A stretch of 51,082 bases of DNA from Pseudomonadota bacterium (GTDB lineage: Bacteria; Pseudomonadota; Gammaproteobacteria; Burkholderiales; Burkholderiaceae_C), in assembly GCA_041176905.1 (NCBI GenBank), contig JBEDCE010000001.1, forward strand, positions 1 to 51,082, read 5' to 3'. Shown here in pieces: positions 31,459 to 39,573 of this stretch (position 1 is the first letter of the stretch; every line of letters begins with the position of its first letter). The position numbers and the translations under genes were made by a program. Under the pieces are notes generated by a model. It did no database searches and was not told the DNA's origin. It was given only the letters and a program-made list of their open reading frames with translations.

Positions 31459-31848
31459 TTGATCCGGTTTTCTGCTGCTTTTTTGCGTGCTGGGGTGCGC
31501 GGCCTGTTGGCCGTGATGCTCTTGGCCGTGCTCGCACCCATGGTGTCGCGCACGCTGGCCAGCACGCGGGTGGCGGGCGACTGGGTCGAGGTCTGCACGG
31601 TCCAAGGCAGTCAATGGGTGCAGTTGGGCGAGTCGTCCACTTGGCCCGTGAGCGAAGACCCTGCGCACGAACAGCACGCTTGCGGTTACTGCGTGTTGGC
31701 AAATGAACGTTTTGCGCCGCTCCTGCCCCAAGTAACCGCTTGGTCCACCACCCAGCCCCAACACGTTGAACCCAGGCACCGCCGCTGGGTCTCGTTGGAT
31801 CGCGCCTCGCCCACGCCCGGCGCTCGGGGGCCCCCGCTGCTGAGTTGA
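31459..31848 (+). CDS. DUF2946 protein #2
   Basis: Hydrophobic N-terminus ending LAP, EVCT..G, HACGYC, C-terminal ARGPP; TTG start uncertain. Confidence 0.82.
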   Translation: MIRFSAAFLRAGVRGLLAVMLLAVLAPMVSRTLASTRVAGDWVEVCTVQGSQWVQLGESSTWPVSEDPAHEQHACGYCVLANERFAPLLPQVTAWSTTQPQHVEPRHRRWVSLDRASPTPGARGPPLLS

Positions 31849-31924
31849 ACCCTTCGTGGAAGTCCCTTGTTGGGCTTCAGGTTCTTCGGTTGTGCGCGAG
31901 CACGGCCTTTCTCAGGAGCGATCC

Positions 31925-32524
31925 ATGTCGATTCAATCTTCCCCCGTTGAGCTGGTGTGTGCCAGCCAACAGTCGGTGTTTTTGGCCGGTGAATCCGGCC
32001 CCGTGTGGCGCGTCGTCGAGGGCATCGTGCGCATCGACCGTGTCAGCGGTCAGTCGCACCAACCCGTTCAACTGGCCTTGCCGGGTGACCTGATTGGCAC
32101 CGAGGCCCTGTGTGGTCAGGCTTACCAGTTCAGCGCCGTGGCTTTCACCCCCTGCAAGCTCGAAGCCGTTCGCCCCGAGCCCAAAGCCAGTGCCGCCGGT
32201 CTTTTACAACAAGCGTTGTTGCAGCAGATGACACGCAGCCTGGACATGGCCCACCTGCGCAGCGGCACGGTGGTCCAGCGCTTGGGCCATTTGTTGTCGC
32301 TCATGCCCCGTGAGGTCAACGCCCCTCAGCCCAGCTTGCCCGCCTTGCGCGAAGTGGCCTTGCTCGTGGATGCCAAAACCGAAACCGTGTGCCGTGTCTT
32401 GGGCCAACTCTTGCCCGGTCGAGGACGACCCATGTCGAGCCCAAGCCCTTTGGCTTGGGCGAAATCCCCCCCGCTCAGCAACGCCTGGGCGGCCAACCAT
32501 GCGCCGATCGGCGTAGCCGCTTGA
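31925..32524 (+). CDS. Short Crp/Fnr-family transcriptional regulator
   Basis: cNMP-barrel-like V.EG.VR...PGDLIG.EAL, long C-helix, HTH ending ETVCR; SD CAGGAG before ATG 31925. Confidence 0.75.
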   Translation: MSIQSSPVELVCASQQSVFLAGESGPVWRVVEGIVRIDRVSGQSHQPVQLALPGDLIGTEALCGQAYQFSAVAFTPCKLEAVRPEPKASAAGLLQQALLQQMTRSLDMAHLRSGTVVQRLGHLLSLMPREVNAPQPSLPALREVALLVDAKTETVCRVLGQLLPGRGRPMSSPSPLAWAKSPPLSNAWAANHAPIGVAA

Positions 32525-32534
32525 GGACGAGACC

Positions 32535-33029
32535 ATGAACCGAAAGATGTATCTCCCATGGTTCGGCGTCGGTCTGTTGGCTTTGGCCTCATGGACGGCG
32601 CAGGCCCACGGCACCCACGCCGGTGACATCCGCATCGACCACCCCTACGCCACGCCCACTCGCCCGGGCTTGAGCACGGGCGCGGTGTATTTCCGCAGCC
32701 TGCGCAACACCGGCAAGGGCGAGGACCGACTGGTCTCGGCCAGCACGCCGGTGGCCGTGCGCGTGGAATTGCACCGCATGCAGATGCAGGGCGATGTCAT
32801 GCGCATGGCTGCGGTGCCAGCCGTGGCGTTGCCCGTCGGCGTGACCGTGCCCATGAAACACGGCAGCCACGATGGCCACCACCTGATGTTGTTCGACCTC
32901 AAAGCCCCGCTCAAAGACGGCGACCGGTTCCCCGTCTCCTTGACGTTCGAGAAAGCCGGCACGGTCCAGGTTCAGGTGTGGGTGCAAACGCCCAGGTCTG
33001 GCAGCGGTGCGGCCCATCAACACCCTTGA
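32535..33029 (+). CDS. Periplasmic copper chaperone PCu(A)C #2
   Basis: Signal peptide AQA|HGTH, I.HPYA, ELH.M....VMRM, HLML, FP..LTFEKAG. Confidence 0.9.
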   Translation: MNRKMYLPWFGVGLLALASWTAQAHGTHAGDIRIDHPYATPTRPGLSTGAVYFRSLRNTGKGEDRLVSASTPVAVRVELHRMQMQGDVMRMAAVPAVALPVGVTVPMKHGSHDGHHLMLFDLKAPLKDGDRFPVSLTFEKAGTVQVQVWVQTPRSGSGAAHQHP

Positions 33030-33045
33030 TTTTTTAACCAGGAGA
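33026..33045 (+). repeat. 20-bp direct repeat, copy 1 (TTGATTTTTTAACCAGGAGA)
   Basis: Identical to 34096-34115; spans a stop codon and the next SD. Confidence 0.9.
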
Positions 33046-33050
33046 TAACG

Positions 33051-33587
33051 ATGAAATTGACATTCAAAACCATTGCAACCTTGTCCCTCACCAGCCTCAT
33101 GACGCTGACGGCACAAGCCCACGTCACGATTCAAGAGCGCACCGCTGTCCAAGGTACCTATCACCGTGCTGCATTCAAAGTGGGTCATGGTTGTGAGGGT
33201 AGTCCGACTGTCAAGGTGGTGATCGATTTGCCCGAAGGTTTGGTGGGGGCTAAACCCATGCCCAAAGCCGGCTGGCAGATCAGCACGGAAACCCGACCCT
33301 TGGCCAAACCCTACGATTCGCATGGCAAAGCGGTGACCGAGCGCGTGGCCCGTGTGACCTGGAGTGGCGGCTCGTTGCCCGACGCACATTACGACGAATT
33401 CGTGATGCAGTTCCAAGTCAAAGCGGACGCGGGTGTGTTGTGGATTCCCGTGGACCAGATTTGCGAAAAAGGCAGAAACCCTTGGATGGAAGTTCCTCAA
33501 ACGGGGACTGAAACCCGTGGACTGAAGTTCCCGGCCGCTCGTTTCGATGTGCTGGCTCCAGCGAAATCAGAACACAAACACCATTGA
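33051..33587 (+). CDS. YcnI/DUF1775 copper-binding protein
   Basis: Signal peptide AQA|HV, HGC.G, KPMPK.GW, .TW.GG.L...YDEF, Q.C.....W, PA; His tail. Confidence 0.9.
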   Translation: MKLTFKTIATLSLTSLMTLTAQAHVTIQERTAVQGTYHRAAFKVGHGCEGSPTVKVVIDLPEGLVGAKPMPKAGWQISTETRPLAKPYDSHGKAVTERVARVTWSGGSLPDAHYDEFVMQFQVKADAGVLWIPVDQICEKGRNPWMEVPQTGTETRGLKFPAARFDVLAPAKSEHKHH

Positions 33588-33598
33588 GGACAGCTGTC

Positions 33599-34099
33599 AT
33601 GAACCGACGCCAATCATTTTTCTTGGTTTTCTGTACCTTGGCTTTTTCGAGTCACGCACACCAAGCCCATGGCACCGATGATGCCCAAGCTATCACGCAC
33701 GTGATGAAACGCCAATTCGACCGCCCAGAAGCACCACTGACGGTGCATCCCGTCACCATCTTGGGTGATGCCGCAGTCGCCGGTTGGACCCAAGACGGCA
33801 AGGGTGGCCGCGCCTTGTTGCGCAAGGAAAAAGCGGGTTGGTCCATCCACGTGTGCGCAGGTAAAGGACTGACCCAAAGCGATGTGCTGGCGATGACCGG
33901 CTTGTCCAAAAACGTGGCCACTGAACTCGCTCAGCGCGTGGTCAAAGCCGAAGCCAACTTGACGGCTCAGCAGCGGGCCTTGTTTGATTCCTTTGAAGGC
34001 ATGTTGAACGTGGGAGGGCCTGGTGCGCCTGCCCATGGTGCTCATGGCAGCCATGCGCCGCATGGGCACCCTGCGCCCAAGTCACACAAAACCCATTGA
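33599..34099 (+). CDS. Copper uptake system-associated protein
   Basis: Signal peptide, MK.QFDRPEAPL.V.PV, A.AGW.Q...GGRALL, W.I.VC.G, F.SF.G; His-rich tail. Confidence 0.75.
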   Translation: MNRRQSFFLVFCTLAFSSHAHQAHGTDDAQAITHVMKRQFDRPEAPLTVHPVTILGDAAVAGWTQDGKGGRALLRKEKAGWSIHVCAGKGLTQSDVLAMTGLSKNVATELAQRVVKAEANLTAQQRALFDSFEGMLNVGGPGAPAHGAHGSHAPHGHPAPKSHKTH

Positions 34100-34115
34100 T
34101 TTTTTAACCAGGAGA
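34096..34115 (+). repeat. 20-bp direct repeat, copy 2
   Basis: Identical to 33026-33045. Confidence 0.9.
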
Positions 34116-34120
34116 CTTCC

Positions 34121-35002
34121 ATGAAAGTTCATTTGCTTGTTTTGTCCATGGTCGCTGCGCTCACCGCCTGCGGCACCACCCAGACCACGGCGATGCAGCC
34201 GGTCAAGCTGAATTTCGCGGCCGAGGTCAACGGCCAAGCTTTTGCTTGTGGCCAACAGTACCCGGCGATCGGCACCACGCAGTCGAGCATCACACCCGCC
34301 GACTTCCGTTACTACGTGAGCGAAGTGCACCTGCTCAGCGCCGATGGCAAAGCCGTGCCGGTTCGTTTGGAGCAAGACGGTGTGTGGCAGCTGGACAATA
34401 TCGCCTTGCTCGACTTTGAAAACGCCAGTGGCCCATGCCGCAACGGCACCGCAGCGATGAACTCGGCGGTGCGTGGCCAAGTGCCCGCCGGCACCTACAC
34501 CGGCGTGCGCTTCACCTTGGGCGTGCCTTTCGCGCGCAACCACGGCGACCCAACGGTATCGCCCGCGCCGTTGAACAACACGGCCATGTTTTGGAACTGG
34601 CAAGGCGGCTACAAGTTCTTGAAGTTCGACACCACTTCCAGCGGCATCAACGCCGACAAGCCCGCCGGTGTCACGCCGCAAGGCCCGGTCACGCGGTATT
34701 CGGTGCACTTGGGCAGTACGGTGTGTGCGGGTGAGAGCAAAACCCAAGCGCCCAGCGCCTGCCAAAACCCCAACCGCGTCACCGTCACGTTCGATGCGTT
34801 TGACCCCGCACGCCACACCATCGTGGCCGATATCGGCCGCATCTTGACCAGCGCCAATGTGGACGTGAACGCCGACAAAACCTCGCCCGGTTGCATGAGC
34901 TTCCCCAAAGACGGTGATTGCCCACCGGTGATGGGTGCGCTGGGCTTGGCTTACGACGGTGTGGCCGCTGCGGCGCCACAGCGTTTGTTCTCTCAACGCT
35001 GA
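34121..35002 (+). CDS. mbnP: MbnP family copper-binding protein (metallo-mystery pair, Cys-motif subunit), lipoprotein
   Basis: Lipobox LTAC, DFRYYVS, LLDFE, LGVP...NH, WxW motif MFWNWQGGYKF, HLGST.C, C..PN, GCMS. Confidence 0.88.
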   Translation: MKVHLLVLSMVAALTACGTTQTTAMQPVKLNFAAEVNGQAFACGQQYPAIGTTQSSITPADFRYYVSEVHLLSADGKAVPVRLEQDGVWQLDNIALLDFENASGPCRNGTAAMNSAVRGQVPAGTYTGVRFTLGVPFARNHGDPTVSPAPLNNTAMFWNWQGGYKFLKFDTTSSGINADKPAGVTPQGPVTRYSVHLGSTVCAGESKTQAPSACQNPNRVTVTFDAFDPARHTIVADIGRILTSANVDVNADKTSPGCMSFPKDGDCPPVMGALGLAYDGVAAAAPQRLFSQR

Positions 35003-35010
35003 GCGCGACG

Positions 35011-36141
35011 ATGAAACGGGTGTGGATGGCCGTGGCCGCCTGGCTCTTGCTGGGGGGCAGCGCGCTCAGCGGTTTCGACTGGGGCTTGCCCGAGTGGGTG
35101 CCGCCGCCGCGCGTGCCCGCCGACAACCCCATGAGCGCTGCCAAGGTCGATTTGGGTCGGCACCTGTTTTACGACCCACGCCTCTCGGCCAACGGCCAAA
35201 TGGCGTGTGCGACGTGCCACCACCAAGACAAAGCCTTCACCGATGGCTTGGCGCTGTCGCCAGGCGTCACGGGTGAGATGAGCCCACGCAGCAGCATGGC
35301 TTTGGCCAATGTGGCGTATTGGCCCACCTTGACTTGGGCCAACCCTTTGCTCACGAGCTTGGAGGTGCAGTCGCTCATCCCCCTGTTCGGCGAGCACCCG
35401 GTGGAGATGGGGCTGGCCGGGCGCGAAGCCGAGTTGTTCGAGCGCATCCAAGCCGACCCGGTCTACACACGCTTGTTCGCGCAGGCCTTCCCCGCCGAGG
35501 CGCGGCAAGGCGATGCGGCGCTGTATTCGCTCGGCACGCTGACCAAGGCTTTGGCGGCGTTTCAGCGCAGCTTGCTGTCGTTTGACAGCCCCTACGACCG
35601 CTACCAATACGGCCAACAACCCCAAGCCATCAGCGCCGCCGCCAAGCGGGGTGAAGCGCTGTTCTTTGGCGAAAAAATGGAGTGTTACCACTGCCACGGT
35701 GGTTTCACCTTCAACGACAACGTGCAACACCTGCGCTTGCCGTTTGCTGAATCGGGCTTTCACAACACGGGTCTGTACAACGTCGACGGACGGGGCAGTT
35801 ACCCCGCCGACAACCCCGGCATCGTGGAATTCACTGGCGAAGACAGCGACCGCGGCCGCTTTCGCACACCGAGCCTGCGCAACGTGGCCGTGACCGCTCC
35901 TTATATGCACGATGGCTCGATCTCCACCTTGCAAGCCGTCATCCGCGAGCACTACGCCTTGGCCGGTCGATCGACGGCAGTCACGGGTCAGCCCAGCCCC
36001 ATGCGCAGCGAATTGCTGGTGGGCTTTGAGGTGAGCGATGAAGAAGTGGACGACTTGGTGGCGTTTTTGGCGTCGCTCACCGACGAGACGTTTTTGAAGA
36101 ACCCGCGCCACGGCAACCCGTGGGCGCAGGCCAGGCGCTGA
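35011..36141 (+). CDS. mbnH: MbnH di-heme enzyme (bCcP/MauG superfamily)
   Basis: PADNP, LGR.LFYD.RLS, CATCH, LTWANP, CYHCH, FHNTGL, PSLRN, PYMHDG; directly after mbnP. Confidence 0.88.
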   Translation: MKRVWMAVAAWLLLGGSALSGFDWGLPEWVPPPRVPADNPMSAAKVDLGRHLFYDPRLSANGQMACATCHHQDKAFTDGLALSPGVTGEMSPRSSMALANVAYWPTLTWANPLLTSLEVQSLIPLFGEHPVEMGLAGREAELFERIQADPVYTRLFAQAFPAEARQGDAALYSLGTLTKALAAFQRSLLSFDSPYDRYQYGQQPQAISAAAKRGEALFFGEKMECYHCHGGFTFNDNVQHLRLPFAESGFHNTGLYNVDGRGSYPADNPGIVEFTGEDSDRGRFRTPSLRNVAVTAPYMHDGSISTLQAVIREHYALAGRSTAVTGQPSPMRSELLVGFEVSDEEVDDLVAFLASLTDETFLKNPRHGNPWAQARR

Positions 36142-37260
36142 TCAAACGGTCTCGGCGTGAACCGCCACACCTGGGGCGGGCGTGGATTCGTCGTTGCCCC
36201 CGCGCGCAAAAGTGACCACGTGATCCACCTCGGCGCGGATGCCGATCCATTCGCCCACGGCGTGGTTGTGGTGCGAGGGGACGTGGGTCATCACGGTTTC
36301 GCCGCTGGCGAGTTGCAAGGTGTACAAAAACTCCGAGCCACGAAACGCTTTGCGCACGATTTGCGCCTTGACCGGGGCGTCGTCGTCGTGAACGATGTCG
36401 TCGGCGCGCAGCAACACGTCGCACAGCCCCGACTCGTAAGCGGTGGGCAGCGGACATTCGTCCATGTCTTGCAAGGCGCCGAGCGCGGTGTGCACCGACA
36501 CCTCGTTGTTCACCACGGCAATGGTGGCGGGCGCGAACACGCCGTGCCCAATGAACTCGGCCACAAAGCGCGTGGCGGGGCGGTGGTAGAGCGCGTAGGC
36601 GTCGTTCCACTGGTGCAAATGGCCTTCGTGCATGACGCCGATCACGTCACCGATGGCAAAGGCTTCGAGCTGGTCGTGCGTCACCAGCAGAGCGGTGGCG
36701 CCCGCGGCTTTCAAAATGCCGCGCACCTCGTGGGCCAAGCGTTCGCGCAGGTCCACGTCCAAGTTGGAGAACGGCTCGTCGAGCAGCAAGAGGCGCGGTT
36801 CAGGCGCCAAGGCGCGGGCCAAGGCCACGCGCTGTTGTTGCCCGCCGGAGAGTTCGTGGGGGTAGCGGTTTTCCATGCCCTCGAGGCCCACCAAGGCCAA
36901 GACCTCGGCCACCCGTGCGACGCGAGCGGCGTTTGGCAGGTGTTCAATGCCAAAACCCACGTTGCGACCGATGTTGAGGTGGGGGAAGAGGGCGTAGTCT
37001 TGGAAGACCATGCCGATGCGACGCTTCTCAGCCGCGACATGGTGGTTTGCGCTGCTGACCACCTCTTTGTTCAGCACCACCTGTCCGCTGCTGGCGCGCT
37101 CCAAGCCCGCCACCGCACGCAACAAGGTGGTTTTGCCGCAGCCCGATGGGCCGATGAGCACACCGATGTCGCCAGCTTCTAAACCCAAACTCACGCCATC
37201 GACGGCCGGGCGCTCGGCACCGGGGTAACGCACAGTGAGGTGGGACAGGTTCAAGAACAT
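36142..37260 (-). CDS. fbpC: Fe3+ ABC transporter ATPase
   Basis: GPSGCGKTT, FQDYALFPHL, LSGGQQQR, LLDEPFSNLD; divergent from an FbpB-like permease. Confidence 0.85.
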   Translation of the reverse strand: MFLNLSHLTVRYPGAERPAVDGVSLGLEAGDIGVLIGPSGCGKTTLLRAVAGLERASSGQVVLNKEVVSSANHHVAAEKRRIGMVFQDYALFPHLNIGRNVGFGIEHLPNAARVARVAEVLALVGLEGMENRYPHELSGGQQQRVALARALAPEPRLLLLDEPFSNLDVDLRERLAHEVRGILKAAGATALLVTHDQLEAFAIGDVIGVMHEGHLHQWNDAYALYHRPATRFVAEFIGHGVFAPATIAVVNNEVSVHTALGALQDMDECPLPTAYESGLCDVLLRADDIVHDDDAPVKAQIVRKAFRGSEFLYTLQLASGETVMTHVPSHHNHAVGEWIGIRAEVDHVVTFARGGNDESTPAPGVAVHAETV

Positions 37261-37272
37261 GGCGTTATTGTA

Positions 37273-37291
37273 GATAAGTACAATTCGCATT
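37273..37291. promoter_or_regulatory. Possible Fur box between divergent fbpC and fbpB
   Basis: GATAAGTACAATTCGCATT, 11/19 match to GATAATGATAATCATTATC; overlaps one TACAAT -10 and abuts the other. Confidence 0.45.
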
Positions 37292-37330
37292 TGGCTTGAC
37301 CTCGGTCAACAACCCTTCACCCACTCCCCC

Positions 37331-38945
37331 CATGCCCCTGTTGCGCTGGCTCTTTATCTTGTTGCTGGTCGCCTTGGCGCTCATGCTCACCGTGCCTGTT
37401 TTGGCCTTGGCGGGCTCTTGGCTGGCCTGGGACGCCGCAGCGCAAGACGTGCTGGTGCAAATGGCCCGCACCGTCTTGCCCGAGTACGCCTGGACCACGG
37501 TGATCTTGTGTGTGGCGGTGGCGCTGGGTGTGGCCAGCGTGGGCTTGGTCAGCGCCACGGCCGTGACCTTGTTTGATTTCCCCGGCCGGCGTTGGTTGGA
37601 GTGGGCCTTGCTCTTGCCGCTGGCCATGCCGGCCTACGTGGTGGCTTACGCCTACACCGATTTCTTGCAGTTCAGCGGTCCTTTGCAAACGGGGTTGCGC
37701 GACAGCTTCAGCTTGACCGGGCGCGTGTTCCCCGAGGTGCGCAACACCGCGGGCGCGGTTTGGGTGTTCACCTTCACCTTGTATCCCTATGTGTATTTGC
37801 TCGCCCGCACGGCTTTGTCGGAGCGCGCCGCGCAGCTCATGGAGGCCGCACGTTTGTTGGGCGCGCCACTCATGCGCCGCATCCGCCAAGTGGCCTTGCC
37901 CTTGGCCCGTCCGGCGGTGGCCGCGGGCGTGGCGCTGGCCTTGATGGAAACCTTGGCCGACTTCGGGGTGGCGAGCTACTTCGGCATCCAAACCTTCACC
38001 GCGGGCATTTACAAAGCGTGGTTGGCCATGGACAACGCCGCCGCGGCGGCACAGTTGGCCACCATGCTTTTGTTCACCGTGGGCCTTCTGTTGTGGGTGG
38101 AGCGGCGATCGCAGCAGCGCTTGCGCTTTGCGTCCTTGCGGGGTCAACGCGCGGGCAGCCAAGAAGCGCAGCCGGTGCGCTTGTACGGGGGTGCTGCGGG
38201 CTTGGCTTGGTTGTTGTGTGTGTTGCCGGTGCTGTTCGGTTTTGTGCTGCCGGTCTTGTTCATGTTGCGGCCCTTGATCGGCGGCTGGGACGAGTTGCCG
38301 TGGGGCATGTTCGTTCAGTGGTCGCGCAACAGTTTGTGGCTCGCCGGTTTGACGGCCGTCTTGGCCACCAGTGTGGCCTTGGCCTTGGGTTTTGCGCTTC
38401 GCACCCAGCCCAGCCCCGCCACCCGCGCCGTGGTGCAGCTCACCGGTTTGGGCTACGCCGTGCCGGGCGCGGTGATCGTGGTGGGTTTGTTGTTGCCGGT
38501 CGCTTGGTTGCAGCAGGTCTGGCCGGCCAGCGGTGTGGGCTACTGGATCACCGCCACCGCGCTGGGCATTGTGTGGGCCTACTTGGTGCGCTTCACTTCG
38601 GTGGCCTTGCAGTCGGTGCAAAGCGGCTACGCCCGACTGCCCGCGAGTTTGGATGAGTCGGCCCGCATGTTGGGCACCACCGGTTGGGGCTTGGCCAGCC
38701 GCGTGCACGCGCCGCTGCTGCGCCGCTCGGTCGTGGCCGCGGCCTTGTTGGTGTTCGTGGACGTGATGAAAGAACTGCCCGCCACGCTGGTGCTGCGGCC
38801 CTTCAACAGCGACACCTTGGCGGTGGTGACCTACCAATTGGCGCGCGACGAGCGCTTGGGCGAAGCCGCCTTGCCCGCGCTGACCTTGGTCTTGGTGGGC
38901 TTGGTCCCGGTGATTCTGCTCAGCCGAACTTTGCGCTCGCGTTGA
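37331..38945 (+). CDS. fbpB: Fe3+ ABC transporter permease
   Basis: LLPLAMPAYV.AY.YTD, YPYVYL..R, EAAR.LG, METLADFG, MKELPATL..RPFN. Confidence 0.88.
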
Positions 38946-38953
38946 TCGATCTG

Positions 38954-38970
38954 TGCGCATACAATGCGCA
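38954..38970 (+). promoter_or_regulatory. Inverted repeat over the -10 element, likely ccdAB autoregulatory operator
   Basis: TGCGCAT-ACA-ATGCGCA overlapping TACAAT (38960-65). Confidence 0.55.
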
Positions 38971-38984
38971 TGAAGGAAAGAGCC

Positions 38985-39230
38985 ATGCCCAACCCTGAGA
39001 TCAACACCAAAAAAGCCGTCAACCTCTCGCTGAACGAAGCGCTGGTACAAGAGTCCCGCGCCTATTGCGGCAACTTGTCGGCCAAGGTTGAAGAGATGCT
39101 CCAGGCCTATGTCGTCTCTGAGCGGCAGTCACGCCAGCTCCATCACCAGCAGGCGCAACAAGCGGTGGCTGGATGGAACGCCTTGCACGACGCGGTAGGG
39201 TCTTACGCCGATGGGCATTCCACCCTGTAA
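38985..39230 (+). CDS. ccdA: CcdA-family antitoxin
   Basis: KKAVNLSL...LV..., NLS..VE..L, WN......GS.AD pattern; upstream of ccdB. Confidence 0.85.
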   Translation: MPNPEINTKKAVNLSLNEALVQESRAYCGNLSAKVEEMLQAYVVSERQSRQLHHQQAQQAVAGWNALHDAVGSYADGHSTL

Positions 39231-39239
39231 GGCCTGTTC

Positions 39240-39569
39240 ATGGCGCAATTCGATGTGCACCTGAATCCCGGACCGATGCGGGCCACGGTGCCTATGGTCG
39301 TTGTGGTGCAGTCTTCCCTGTTTGACGATTACCGCCGCCGTTTGGTGGTGCCATTGGTTTTGCGTTCCGCATTGCCTGCAGGGGCCAAAGTGGCGGGCAC
39401 GCGCATGAACCCGGTGTTCAAGATCAAAGGTCAAACGTTGGTGTTGCACCCGCTGGACATGGTGTCGGTGGCCATGGATCAGCTGGGCCCGTGCGTGGCA
39501 TCTTTGGCTGACCAAGGGCCGCTGATGGCCGATGCTCTGGATGAACTGCTGACCCGAAGCTGGGGTTGA
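39240..39569 (+). CDS. ccdB: CcdB-family toxin
   Basis: MAQFDV..N, VVVQS, RLVVPL, NPVF.I.G, V.SL......ALD.L. Confidence 0.87.
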   Translation: MAQFDVHLNPGPMRATVPMVVVVQSSLFDDYRRRLVVPLVLRSALPAGAKVAGTRMNPVFKIKGQTLVLHPLDMVSVAMDQLGPCVASLADQGPLMADALDELLTRSWG

Positions 39570-39573
39570 TCTT

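Noticed and set aside
30455-36141. Methanobactin or RiPP biosynthetic cluster
   Set aside because: No MbnA-like precursor, MbnB/MbnC or exporter; only the accessory MbnP/MbnH pair is present.
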